64,000 bases of DNA from a virus (taxonomy: Duplodnaviria; Caudoviricetes): the IMG/VR virus record IMGVR_UViG_2882253857_000001, positions 1 to 64,000 of that record; one strand, 5' to 3'. Numbering within the stretch: position 1 is the stretch's first letter; each line of letters begins with the position of its first letter. The translations under genes and the position numbers were made by a program. Of the stretch, positions 48,199-57,565 are shown in pieces. A model generated the notes under the pieces. It ran no database searches. It was not told the DNA's origin and saw nothing but the letters and a program-made list of their open reading frames with translations.

Positions 48199-48603
48199 CT
48201 ATCTTCGATCATTCGCTAGGTTGTCATACTCATTCAATAAAACCCTGAGACTATATTTAAGAGCGTTTATTACCTGCTCATTACTCGTTACAGCATTGGT
48301 CCAGCGTACCTTCTCTGCTTCTAGATCAGCTTCTTCAATCCTCAAATCTACTACAGCCAATTCAGCACGCTGGGCCTTATCCTTACTTGCCGATACATAA
48401 GCTTCTGCGTATACACGTTTTCTCTCTGCGTACTTATGCTTGTAATCTCTCACGGCATCAGCAGCTTTGCGCCCAATAATTATTTGTACCTCTGATAATA
48501 TTTCAATCTTACGTGCAAGCGTTTCAGGGTACTCGTGGCTGCACTGATCCGCCATGTTATATAGCTGTCCAAGTGTATATTGCTTGTTAAGCAGCGCAGA
48601 CAC
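48199..48603 (-). CDS. Coiled-coil hypothetical protein
   Basis: ORF after ssb. Confidence 0.6.
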   Translation of the reverse strand: MSALLNKQYTLGQLYNMADQCSHEYPETLARKIEILSEVQIIIGRKAADAVRDYKHKYAERKRVYAEAYVSASKDKAQRAELAVVDLRIEEADLEAEKVRWTNAVTSNEQVINALKYSLRVLLNEYDNLANDRR

Positions 48604-48617
48604 ATCCCTTCAATGCG

Positions 48618-49055
48618 TTAGAATGGCAAGTCATCGTCTGAAATATCAATAGGTTTTCCGTCATCTGAGAATGGATCTGAATCATTACTGTGTGATGAAT
48701 GTCTGGTACTATTTCCTCCGCTCGATCCATTGTCGCGGTTCGATTCTAGGAACCGGACGTTATCGGCTACAATCTCAGTAACATATATACGCCTGCCCTC
48801 GTTGTTCTCGTAATTTCTTACCTGGATGCGTCCTTCTACAGCAACCAGACGACCTTTACGCAAGTAATTCGCACACGTCTCAGCAAGCTGTCTCCAGGTT
48901 ACAACTGGAATAAAGTCTGCTTCGCGTTCGCCACTTTGCGAGGTGAATGGTCTGTCAACAGCTACAGTAAATTGGGTAACAGCAACGCCAGAAGGCGTAT
49001 ATCGAAGATCTGGATCGCGAGTTAAACGACCGATCAGAATGACACGATTCAACAT
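48618..49055 (-). CDS. ssb: Single-stranded DNA-binding protein
   Basis: [15 protein letters not shown]...DDDLPF. Confidence 0.97.
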   Translation of the reverse strand: MLNRVILIGRLTRDPDLRYTPSGVAVTQFTVAVDRPFTSQSGEREADFIPVVTWRQLAETCANYLRKGRLVAVEGRIQVRNYENNEGRRIYVTEIVADNVRFLESNRDNGSSGGNSTRHSSHSNDSDPFSDDGKPIDISDDDLPF

Positions 49056-49069
49056 TTAAGTCACCTTCC

Positions 49070-50104
49070 TCATTTGATCCCCATGAGCTGGGCCAACGTT
49101 TTACATAACGGCCACTTATTCTTGGATGTAATGGATGCCGGCATTTGAAAGCTATATTCAGCAGCAAGTTGGAGAATCAAAGAGTTATCCGCCGCCATTA
49201 GCTCTTCAAGAGTTTTTGGACGATCAATTGCTATTTCATGTTGATTATTATGGTCCTCTGATTCAACTTCATTGTCGTCATCAGACCCTAATTGATCCTC
49301 TAACTTAAACAGCCATCCTTTAATTTCATATGCTTCTGCTTTTGTCAGATTTGCTGGATCATTGGTGATAGCACCCTCAGACCTAGTCTTATACCACTCT
49401 CGGAGCTTAATGTCCGAATTAAACCCCTTGACTCTAGCAAGATCCATTAGTTGTAGGTATCCTTTAGAGTCTATGACCTTATCGATCTTGCGGGGTCGCA
49501 AATCATCTGTAGGATCAGCACCAGTTACTAGATCGTCATCCAACGTTCCTAGGTATGCATCAGCTCCGACACCAAGGAATGAGGTTGCCCGTTTGATACC
49601 TTTAGTAAGCATCCCTTTACGCGCAGCTCCTTTTTCCCTGAAATGCTCATGATCAGTAGGTATTGGCGGTAAACTGTGAACTGTGATCCATTCCCATTGG
49701 TTCGTTTCCTCATTTAAAACTCGGTATCCAATAAGAAGCTCAATCTCAGCTGAATACTGGTGCTTTGTATATCCTCCGCCTGTTGTCAGGCTACCATCAT
49801 ATGTTTCGTTTTGGATTGCCCACGTCCAATTTGTCGGCCCGAAAACCCAATTCATACGGTCTACATGAGCTTGATAGGAGTAACCCGTTGTATCATACCC
49901 TTTTTTTGTCTCGCTCCCTTTGGACTCTTGAATAGCATCCTCATCCAGCGGTAAACGGAGAAGAGGAAGAAGCTTATTAACATCATCTGGCGTGAATGGA
50001 GATTTAATTGGAATCTCTACTCCAAACTCTTCAGCAATCTGTTTAAGATCTCCGAAGGTTTTAGGCGCTTTTGGAAGTTGCCTTTTCGTTTCGGTTGTGG
50101 TCAT
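49070..50104 (-). CDS. Rad52/Sak-like single-strand annealing protein
   Basis: GY..Q...DR.N.VFG..NW...KG..T..IKRA...LGVG. Confidence 0.75.
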   Translation of the reverse strand: MTTTETKRQLPKAPKTFGDLKQIAEEFGVEIPIKSPFTPDDVNKLLPLLRLPLDEDAIQESKGSETKKGYDTTGYSYQAHVDRMNWVFGPTNWTWAIQNETYDGSLTTGGGYTKHQYSAEIELLIGYRVLNEETNQWEWITVHSLPPIPTDHEHFREKGAARKGMLTKGIKRATSFLGVGADAYLGTLDDDLVTGADPTDDLRPRKIDKVIDSKGYLQLMDLARVKGFNSDIKLREWYKTRSEGAITNDPANLTKAEAYEIKGWLFKLEDQLGSDDDNEVESEDHNNQHEIAIDRPKTLEELMAADNSLILQLAAEYSFQMPASITSKNKWPLCKTLAQLMGIK

Positions 50105-50448
50105 TTTCTCGCCTTCCTTTCAAAGCTCACATCATCCAGCCACAAACTAGCAAGATACGCACACCCGGCCATCTTATGCTCATGTTTAGGTTCTCTCGAT
50201 GCCAATATTGCTCCGATGTGATAGAGAGCTTTCTGAGGGTTTATGCCGTCCTTTCGTTCGATCTCAAGATGGTCAACCCCGTCATAAAACCAGCTTGATA
50301 TAAATTCATTCCATTTAGTGCGACGATTCATATCCTTAAACTCATCAGGGATATCCTCATATTTCGGCAACAGCTTGTTGACATCACCGCCGTAAACAAA
50401 TTCAGTAGCTGTAACTTCTTGTGGTATCAACTCAGGCATTGACAACAC
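50101..50448 (-). CDS. Hypothetical phage protein
   Basis: S.EPKHEHK..GCAYL motif. Confidence 0.65.
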   Translation of the reverse strand: MLSMPELIPQEVTATEFVYGGDVNKLLPKYEDIPDEFKDMNRRTKWNEFISSWFYDGVDHLEIERKDGINPQKALYHIGAILASREPKHEHKMAGCAYLASLWLDDVSFERKARK

Positions 50449-51976
50449 CTTCCTTCACCTCAAGCTCAGTAAATGGGATCATGCGGGCTATGAATGTCTG
50501 TGTATGTTGTTCGGGTATTTCCTCTATTGACTCAGCCCAATCTATAAATACCGGGAAATCAGCTTTAGAAAATGTTCGGAACAATTTTGAAAATTCAAGG
50601 AAGCAAAGCATTTCTTCTGATGTGGACAATACCCTAATCGGTTTACCATCGAATTCAGCCTTAAATGCAGGTTTGATCTCTCCAGTGCTTCTTACGACTT
50701 CGAATAACCTAATCGAAGCGCGGTTAAGATGTTTTTGAACATCCTCCATCTGCATTTCGCAACGCTTGATATTAAATGCCTTAGCCGCCTTTATACGAGC
50801 CTCAGCTTTTTCTATAGCTTGAGCTATTCTGGTCTTGTCATCACGGACAGAATTCTGCCGCCCCTTCGCCTTCTTACGGTTTTCGTGAAGAACTTTAACC
50901 TCTAAGTTGTGCTTCTGAGTAACTTCAAGATTAGATTCTAGTTGCTTCAACTCCGCGCGAAGTTCGGCAAGCGAAGCGTCGTTGGCAGATTTAAATTCGT
51001 CTGCCGCTTTCTGATCCGCCGTCTGGATAGATTCAATTTCAGAAGCAATCTTCTTACCCTCGGCTTGAATATCAACCATTTTCTTAGTGATCTCTTCGTT
51101 TTTCTTGGCCTGCTCTGCATTTAAGTTGATCTCGTGACCGCAATTTTCGCAGGTTATGAAATGATCTTCTTCAAATACCAAGCCGGATTGAAGGGCTTTA
51201 TACTCTCCTAGCAAGGACTGACGCTTATTCTGAAGATCTGAAATATTCGTAGGAACAGGCTTTAGTCCTTCAATTGCCTTAATGGCTTCTTTTAAACCGT
51301 TAATCTCTGTCATATCCACTGGAATCTCATCAGGTATTTCAGCTGATAGCGCTTCCCTTATCTCTTCCTCTTTACCTTCAAGCCTGATTAATTCTTCCTT
51401 CAATTGCTTTAGTTCCTCTGATTCCTTAGAGATAAAAACCCTTGGATCGATCAAAGGAACGCCTTTCAACACTTCAATTGAATCTGAATTCTCTTCCTCC
51501 AATTCAGCGTATACATCTTTATCCCGTGGCAAAGGAATTAATGAAACAAACTCAGTCTCCATTTCTTTATCAGACATTGTTAGAAGAAATTGGGGCAAGA
51601 ACGAGATCAAGAATCTTCGCTTGTTGCCAATAATTTGATCGATTTGATCTTGAGAGCCTTGCAATCGGTTAATGTATATCCTGGTATCCATCTTTGATTT
51701 CATCCTCGTTACATGGCGTTCAATCTCGTATATTTTCCCGTCGGATTCAAGTTCGATGGAAATCACCATTTCATTTCCCTTGTCGTTCATAAGTCGGTCA
51801 GCGCAACGTTCCTTACCGTACTTATCAACCCCAGCTAATCCAAATGATATAGCCTCCATGATGGATGACTTTCCGCGTCTATTTCCGCCTTCTATCTCAT
51901 TGATCATTCCAAATTCGAAATGACGATACTCTTGATAACCGCGGAAGCCCTTGACTCCCAAACTCCTGATGATCAT
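50432..51976 (-). CDS. SMC/Rad50-like ATPase with zinc hook
   Basis: GGNRRGKSS, coiled coils around CENC, LSTSE, FID..ES. Confidence 0.85.
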   Translation of the reverse strand: MIIRSLGVKGFRGYQEYRHFEFGMINEIEGGNRRGKSSIMEAISFGLAGVDKYGKERCADRLMNDKGNEMVISIELESDGKIYEIERHVTRMKSKMDTRIYINRLQGSQDQIDQIIGNKRRFLISFLPQFLLTMSDKEMETEFVSLIPLPRDKDVYAELEEENSDSIEVLKGVPLIDPRVFISKESEELKQLKEELIRLEGKEEEIREALSAEIPDEIPVDMTEINGLKEAIKAIEGLKPVPTNISDLQNKRQSLLGEYKALQSGLVFEEDHFITCENCGHEINLNAEQAKKNEEITKKMVDIQAEGKKIASEIESIQTADQKAADEFKSANDASLAELRAELKQLESNLEVTQKHNLEVKVLHENRKKAKGRQNSVRDDKTRIAQAIEKAEARIKAAKAFNIKRCEMQMEDVQKHLNRASIRLFEVVRSTGEIKPAFKAEFDGKPIRVLSTSEEMLCFLEFSKLFRTFSKADFPVFIDWAESIEEIPEQHTQTFIARMIPFTELEVKEGVVNA

Positions 51977-52055
51977 TCACATTTCCTCCAAATCATGTTA
52001 TTATGGAGGCGAAAACATGTTTTAGCGGACGATGTTTTCGCCAAAGTGTTATTTT

Positions 52056-52256
52056 TCATTGATGATCACGTTCTCCAGCGTGGTCATTTTTCGTTTCAAT
52101 AACAGCAAGTGCGGTCTCAAGGTCATCTATAACCACTTGAAAATCTTGCTTAAAGAACCATCCTGCCGACTCCATCGCAGTTCCTATAGAAACACCCGTT
52201 GTCTCATTTTGAAGCTTCCTGAGCTTATCTAGGGCTTTCTGTACGTGGTATTTCAT
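52056..52256 (-). CDS. Hypothetical phage protein
   Basis: ORF with RBS. Confidence 0.5.
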   Translation of the reverse strand: MKYHVQKALDKLRKLQNETTGVSIGTAMESAGWFFKQDFQVVIDDLETALAVIETKNDHAGERDHQ

Positions 52257-52432
52257 CTTTACATCTCACCCCTATGCAGAATGATTAATTAGTTCAAACT
52301 CATGCTGAAGATCGTCTATTTCCTTATCAAGCCAATCCTCGCCAGCGTCCAGAACTACTCCGCTATTTCTAAAGCGAATAAGGTTTTGGAGATGCCGCCA
52401 TGCCTTCCAACCTTCCAACAGCCTGTTCTCAC

Positions 52433-52648
52433 TCATGCTGTACCTCCCGCTGGATATTGTTTTTTGATATTACGAGCATAGAAGCTTCCTACTGAGTCAG
52501 CGTTAATCAAGTCGTTGTAGACTTCTTTCGGTACTTGGTGATGCTCATAAACCTTCTGACTGCTCTTAAACTGGATATAAAACACTTGCTTAGACTCATC
52601 GTAACCAACAGCAGCAACATTTGAAGATGCAACAGGTATAAGTTCCAT
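52433..52648 (-). CDS. KTSC domain protein
   Basis: V.SSN..AVGYD...F....Y....VP..VY..L..A.S.GSFY..NIK. Confidence 0.9.
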   Translation of the reverse strand: MELIPVASSNVAAVGYDESKQVFYIQFKSSQKVYEHHQVPKEVYNDLINADSVGSFYARNIKKQYPAGGTA

Positions 52649-52649
52649 A

Positions 52650-53072
52650 TTAGATATAATCCTCCGGTCTAAAATTTTTAACGAAATCAATAGAATCATC
52701 AAAGTCTATTCTGCGAACATGGCTATATTTAGCCACTTCAAAGCGTTCCTTAAGCTTGCTCCAAATCATTCTGCGGTAACGTCCTACCATATCCTTAAAG
52801 CTATCGTCAGCCTCTCTGTACCGATGTTTTGTAAGCTCATTAGACTTGATCCGTACAGCTTGCTGTAGTTGATAGCACTCAGCATCTGTCAAAGTAACGC
52901 TATCCCTAACCTCCTGAACCATGATCTGAACTTCCTCAACCTTTTCTGTCATTTCAACATGCATTTGCTTCATTCCATCAAATAGCATCCTAATAGCAGC
53001 TCCTTGCTGCTCAGTTAGCTGTAACTGTCTTTCTATCACCGGGAAGTAATCGGCTTGCTCAATCATTGCCAT
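52650..53072 (-). CDS. ORF6C-domain (antirepressor-associated) protein
   Basis: IW..LK..F.V..Y....R.DF...I.FV..F.P. Confidence 0.75.
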   Translation of the reverse strand: MAMIEQADYFPVIERQLQLTEQQGAAIRMLFDGMKQMHVEMTEKVEEVQIMVQEVRDSVTLTDAECYQLQQAVRIKSNELTKHRYREADDSFKDMVGRYRRMIWSKLKERFEVAKYSHVRRIDFDDSIDFVKNFRPEDYI

Positions 53073-54183
53073 GATTATTTACCACCTTTCTGCCGTTTAC
53101 GGCTGGTCTTAATTGTTCGATGAATGACTCTAACATATCTAAACTCTCTGAGAGGCGCTTCTTTTCGCTGCTGCTGGCTCCAGAGACTGCTCCAAGCATA
53201 AGCGTTGTGATCCCTACCTTTTGGAGAAATTGCTTGATATGAATACTGACTTGAATCGTGTTACTGTCAGCTTCAAAGCGTAATTTCTTCATACGAGCTA
53301 TTTCCTGCTGTTCGTCGAAATCATCAGGCTGCTGCAACTTCAAGGCTTCGATCTCTTCTTTGGCCCGTTGATAACCTGACTTCAGTTGTTCTACCTTAAC
53401 TCGCTCAGATTCTATATCTTCCTTGAGTTTGTTCTTCCAGTATTCATCACGCTGTTTAAGTTGAGCCTCCGCTTCCTTCTCTTTTTGCTTGATAAACACC
53501 GTTGTTTCTTCCTCATGACGTTCAACCGCTGCCGCAATTGCATCATCAAGTTGATCTGCAGGAATGGCGTTCTTGTACTGTCGTTGAAGCTCTTGCTTCT
53601 CCTGCTCCGCCCGTTCAGCCCGTTCCTCAGCTTCCCTAAGCCTATTCCTAGTTTCGATAAAGGCTTTATGAGTGCTGATTAAGCCTGCATCAAGCTGCTG
53701 AATAATTTCAGGAGTAGCGTTTTCTGCGATGAATTTCGCTTTGTCATATTGCTTCCCAGAGCCGAATCCAGCTTGTTCCGCAACAATATCTCTTACTTGA
53801 CCGGACTGCTCAGGAAAATTTTCCTTGCCTCCAGACATCCGTTCCTTGGCTTTGATACGTTCCACATCTTCAAGCCGTTTAGCCCATTCGATCCGTTCCG
53901 AGAAGGTGAATTCTTTACGGTGTTCGTTCTCACTGATCTCCAATCGGAGTTGATGCTCGTAATCTGTAATCTCCATTATCCGAGCAAGAACTTGTTTTCT
54001 GCCAAGGAACTCATGTGCCCGTAACCGCCGTTCTCCAGCGACTAATTGATAATCAGGTGTAACTACAATTGGATTTATAAGTCCGTTTTGTTCTATATCA
54101 TGAGCCAACTCTTCTATGCCACCGAAATCTTTCCGAATGCGGTCACTGACTTTGATTTTTTCGATATCAATTAGCACTTTCAT
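53059..54183 (-). CDS. ParB-like CTPase/HTH protein without ParA
   Basis: I...GLINPI.V, AGERRLRA, EISENEHR, HTH RDIVAEQAGFGSG..Y, coiled-coil C-terminus. Confidence 0.9.
   Translation of the reverse strand: MKVLIDIEKIKVSDRIRKDFGGIEELAHDIEQNGLINPIVVTPDYQLVAGERRLRAHEFLGRKQVLARIMEITDYEHQLRLEISENEHRKEFTFSERIEWAKRLEDVERIKAKERMSGGKENFPEQSGQVRDIVAEQAGFGSGKQYDKAKFIAENATPEIIQQLDAGLISTHKAFIETRNRLREAEERAERAEQEKQELQRQYKNAIPADQLDDAIAAAVERHEEETTVFIKQKEKEAEAQLKQRDEYWKNKLKEDIESERVKVEQLKSGYQRAKEEIEALKLQQPDDFDEQQEIARMKKLRFEADSNTIQVSIHIKQFLQKVGITTLMLGAVSGASSSEKKRLSESLDMLESFIEQLRPAVNGRKVVNNHGND
53810..53827. repeat. Palindromic site TCAGGAAAATTTTCCTTG (parS-like copy 5), inside parB
   Basis: Encodes part of GKENFPE just before the HTH; identical to copy 1. 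Confidence 0.8.
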
Positions 54184-54487
54184 CCCCCTTTCTATGTCCC
54201 TTCTTATAATTCGAAGCCCTTTGTTCAGCTCTATAAGCCTCCAAGTCAGATAGCCGGATTATAATTTTTGGTTTGCGAGAACCAGGAACTCCGTATCTTT
54301 CATGCGGAATAATACCTTCTTGGCACAGTTGATACATTAATTTATCAGATATGCGGACATAATCTGCCGCTTCGTGAACAGTAAGACTACGATCTAACTG
54401 CTCAGGCAAAAGAGCTAGAATACGACTTTCAACTGCTGCTATCTCCTCAACTACGATTGCTCGAATTGCTTCTTCTAAACCAGTCAT
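54167..54487 (-). CDS. Excisionase-like HTH protein
   Basis: LTV.EAADY..IS...Y.L...G.IP. Confidence 0.8.
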   Translation of the reverse strand: MTGLEEAIRAIVVEEIAAVESRILALLPEQLDRSLTVHEAADYVRISDKLMYQLCQEGIIPHERYGVPGSRKPKIIIRLSDLEAYRAEQRASNYKKGHRKGDESAN

Positions 54488-54553
54488 GGCGCTTCACTCT
54501 CCAACACTAAATGGAATTACATAAGGTTGAATCACTCATCTTATTTCGGGAGT

Positions 54554-54748
54554 TTATGACAAAAAATAATCAACGGTAACTCCGAAATAATCAGCCAAAA
54601 CCTTTAACTTATCTGTTTTTGGTTTGTATTTACCCTGTTTCCAATTCGTCAATGTAGCCGTAGAAACGCCAGTGTCTTTAGAAACTTGATATGATGTTTT
54701 TCCGGTCTCCTCTAATAGAACAAGGAATTTCTCGTACAATTTACACAC
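54554..54748 (-). CDS. Cro-like XRE protein
   Basis: HTH only; divergent from repressor. Confidence 0.9.
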   Translation of the reverse strand: MCKLYEKFLVLLEETGKTSYQVSKDTGVSTATLTNWKQGKYKPKTDKLKVLADYFGVTVDYFLS

Positions 54749-54765
54749 TCCTCCTTAATAATATG

Positions 54766-54926
54766 TTGACTATTAGCTAAGGTTTCTTATATAATCTAAG
54801 TGTCACCTAAGTTATATAAGATTTCTCAGCTACTTCTTTTTATTAGCTCAGTTTTCTAAGCTATGTCTGTATATTAGCATAGCTTTCTGAGTTAGTCAAT
54901 GGATTTTAGCTTAGTTTTCTGACTTC
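54766..54926. promoter_or_regulatory. Genetic switch: face-to-face promoters and about 5 operators resembling TAGCT.AG-N4-CT.AGCTA
   Basis: Copies at 54774, 54813, 54844, 54875 and 54907; TTGACT on both strands. Confidence 0.75.
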
Positions 54927-54956
54927 ATTTTTAATAAAAATTACGGAGGAAAACTA

Positions 54957-55394
54957 ATGTACGAAATATTCGAAGAACTATTAGAAAAGCACAACGTTAC
55001 AGCCTATCGTGTTGCAAAAGAAACGGGAATTACCACTGCTACTTTCACCAGTTGGAAGCAAGGTAAGTACACTCCGAAACAGGATAAACTCCAAAAGATT
55101 GCTGATTATTTCGGTGTGACTCTTGATTACCTCATGGGGAATAAGGACGGATCCGCCCTAATCTGTGAGGACAAAGCACCGTACTATACGCTTTCTGATA
55201 AAGATAATCGCGACATTGCCAAAGAGTTGGAACGCATGATGGAGGAACTAGACAGTGGAACGTCCTTAGCATTCATGGGTGAGCCAATGGATGAAGAGGA
55301 TAGGGAGTTATTGAGGATATCACTTGAAAACACTCTTCGCATGTCTAAAGAAATGGCAAAGAAAAAATTCACACCAAAAAAATACAGAAAATAA
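54957..55394 (+). CDS. Prophage repressor (ImmR-like)
   Basis: XRE HTH; C-terminal AKKKFTPKKYR; precedes ImmA. Confidence 0.9.
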   Translation: MYEIFEELLEKHNVTAYRVAKETGITTATFTSWKQGKYTPKQDKLQKIADYFGVTLDYLMGNKDGSALICEDKAPYYTLSDKDNRDIAKELERMMEELDSGTSLAFMGEPMDEEDRELLRISLENTLRMSKEMAKKKFTPKKYRK

Positions 55395-55412
55395 CCTTCC
55401 GGGGGTTATCAA

Positions 55413-55823
55413 ATGGAGATTTTACTTTCTAAGAGACTGATCAAAACCCACGGAACCAACAACCCATCACGAATTGCATCTGAGACTAATCTAGTGGTTC
55501 TGTACGAAGATTTAGGAAAGAACACTTGGGGGTACTATTCTTGTATAAATAGGATTCCTTGTATACACATAAATTGCCGCTTGGATGGATTTTCGGCCAC
55601 CTTTGCTCTGGCTCATGAATTGGGACACCATTTTCTTCATCCGGGTGTAAACACTCCGTTTTTAAGAAAGAGCACCCTTTTTTCAATAGAGAAGATCGAG
55701 CGGGAAGCTAACCGCTTTGCCTTGTATCTATTGATTGGTGAGGCACAACCAGAAATTAACGAAACTAAGTGCAACTTTTTGAAACGGTGTGGTATACCAG
55801 AGGAATTCCATGTTTTTTACTAA
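55413..55823 (+). CDS. ImmA/IrrE metalloprotease antirepressor
   Basis: AHELGH...E.EAN.FA. Confidence 0.92.
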   Translation: MEILLSKRLIKTHGTNNPSRIASETNLVVLYEDLGKNTWGYYSCINRIPCIHINCRLDGFSATFALAHELGHHFLHPGVNTPFLRKSTLFSIEKIEREANRFALYLLIGEAQPEINETKCNFLKRCGIPEEFHVFY

Positions 55824-55870
55824 TCTTTGCGCTTTCCAGCTGCAAGGCTGTTTAAATACAATTATAAATA

Positions 55871-55882
55871 GAACGTATGTTC
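55871..55882. promoter_or_regulatory. SOS box GAACGTATGTTC upstream of integrase
   Basis: Perfect GAAC-N4-GTTC. Confidence 0.75.
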
Positions 55883-55898
55883 CTGAGGTGGTGCAAAA

Positions 55899-57200
55899 AT
55901 GGCAAAAGGCAGCATTGAGAAACGAGGAGTAAATACCTGGAGGCTAACGGTTGATCTTGGATTTAATCATGACGGTACTAGAAATCGTCCAAGAAAACGG
56001 GTCGAGGTGGATGATCCAGAAATTCTGAGGTCGAAGAGAGCTCTAGATGAGTATCTCGATGGTGAATTATTTAAGTTTAAACAGGAAGTTGAGTCAGGCG
56101 AGTACATCAAGCCAGAAAAAATGACCTTTGAAGCGTTTGTCTTGGATGAATGGATGGAAAAGTACGCTAACGACCCAAATAACCTCTCCCCCACTACACT
56201 CGCTACTTATGAAGGGATAATTGAATCTCGATTAATTCCGCAATTTGGTCATAAGCAAATCGATAAGATTAGCACAATGAGTCTTGTTACTTTTATGAAA
56301 AGCTTAGAAAAACCAGGGGCAAGAAGACCACCTGTCACTAAAAAACCACTTACTGAAAAGCAAAAGAAAAAACTTATGGAGCCATTAGAACCTGGTACAA
56401 TTGTTTATATCTATAGAGTGCTTAAAAACATATTCAAACAAGCTTTTGATTGGAGAGTAATCAAAGTCAACCCAATGGATGGTGTTAAAAAACCATCCGA
56501 GAGAAATTCTAAGGAAAAAATAATAGCTCAACGTAAAAATCCACAATATTACGATGAGGATGAAGCGCAACAAGTTGTTGATGCTCTCTATAAAGAATCT
56601 CGAAAGTGGAGACTTCTTATTCTTGGCTCAATGATCGGTGGTTTCAGAAGAGGTGAATTATTAGGATTAGAATGGCCGCTAGTTTTTTTCGAGCGTAACT
56701 TCATCTCTGTGGAAAATAACATTCCTTATACTAAAAAAGGGAAAGCCATCGAGAAAGGTCCTAAATCATCATCATCTTATCGAGATACTGATATGCCGGA
56801 GTGGTATATGGAAGAGTTAGAGATTTATAAAAAGGAGTGGGAAGAAGAAAAAGAATTCTTAGACGACAAATGGGAAGGTGAAGATCGACAATTCGTATTT
56901 CATAATGGTAAAGGAAAGCCATACTACTATCAGCATCCATCAAAATGGTGGAAACGATTTTGTAAGCGACATGGAATTAGATACATTAAATTTCATGGCT
57001 TGCGTCATAGCTCAGGAACTCTTCTTTTGGAAGATGAGGATGAAACTAATTTTGACTCAATTTTGAAAGTCATTCAAGAGCGGTTAGGACACGCCAGATT
57101 ATCAACTACTACCGATATCTATGTTCACGTTACCAAAAAAGTAATAAGACGTACAACCGGGAAATTTGATAAATTCGCGCGTGGTAGTAAAAAAAAATAA
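55899..57200 (+). CDS. int: Tyrosine integrase
   Basis: G.RRGELLGL.W, FHGLRH, RLGH, Y.H. Confidence 0.97.
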   Translation: MAKGSIEKRGVNTWRLTVDLGFNHDGTRNRPRKRVEVDDPEILRSKRALDEYLDGELFKFKQEVESGEYIKPEKMTFEAFVLDEWMEKYANDPNNLSPTTLATYEGIIESRLIPQFGHKQIDKISTMSLVTFMKSLEKPGARRPPVTKKPLTEKQKKKLMEPLEPGTIVYIYRVLKNIFKQAFDWRVIKVNPMDGVKKPSERNSKEKIIAQRKNPQYYDEDEAQQVVDALYKESRKWRLLILGSMIGGFRRGELLGLEWPLVFFERNFISVENNIPYTKKGKAIEKGPKSSSSYRDTDMPEWYMEELEIYKKEWEEEKEFLDDKWEGEDRQFVFHNGKGKPYYYQHPSKWWKRFCKRHGIRYIKFHGLRHSSGTLLLEDEDETNFDSILKVIQERLGHARLSTTTDIYVHVTKKVIRRTTGKFDKFARGSKKK

Positions 57201-57383
57201 AAACAATGTGATTATGAATCATTTTACCAACTATCGATACGTTATTTTTAATGGGGACAAAACGGGGACGGAATACAGTGTTTTATATAGAATTCATTCA
57301 ATATGAGAACAACATGCGAACACCTGAAAGCCTTGATATTACTGGTTATTCAGAAATTGTTCCATTTAAAATACGTTACCTAT

Positions 57384-57430
57384 CCACCTTGACAGGGTGG
57401 GGGTCAGTGGTTCGAGCCCACTACAGATCA
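57384..57430 (+). tRNA. 3' fragment of tRNA-Val(GAC), att site
   Basis: CCACC-TTGACAG-GGTGG, AGTGG-TTCGAGC-CCACT, ACAGATCA; no D arm or 5' acceptor strand; GGGGAC direct repeats at 57253-57268. Confidence 0.9.
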
Positions 57431-57565
57431 TTATGCCTTATGGCACAAGGGTTTCCAGCGATTCATCCACTTATCAATAATAGGTGGTCGATAACTGACA
57501 CGTTTATATCACAAAAAACCACTATCTTTAAGGACACAATCTCCTTGAAGGTGGTGGTTTTTTCT

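Larger units (their letters stand above)
1..57430. mobile_element. Temperate siphovirus prophage (left end outside window), integrated at tRNA-Val(GAC)
   Basis: Complete ordered modules (integration/immunity, replication, packaging, head, non-contractile tail, lysis); ends at a tRNA 3' fragment next to the integrase. Confidence 0.95.

Noticed and set aside
5619-52232. Many plus-strand ORFs overlapping structural and replication genes
   Set aside because: Antisense shadows of real genes with no recognisable motifs
57251-57565. 105-codon N-terminal extension of the second integrase across the att site
   Set aside because: Runs through the tRNA fragment; integrase homology starts at ATG 57566
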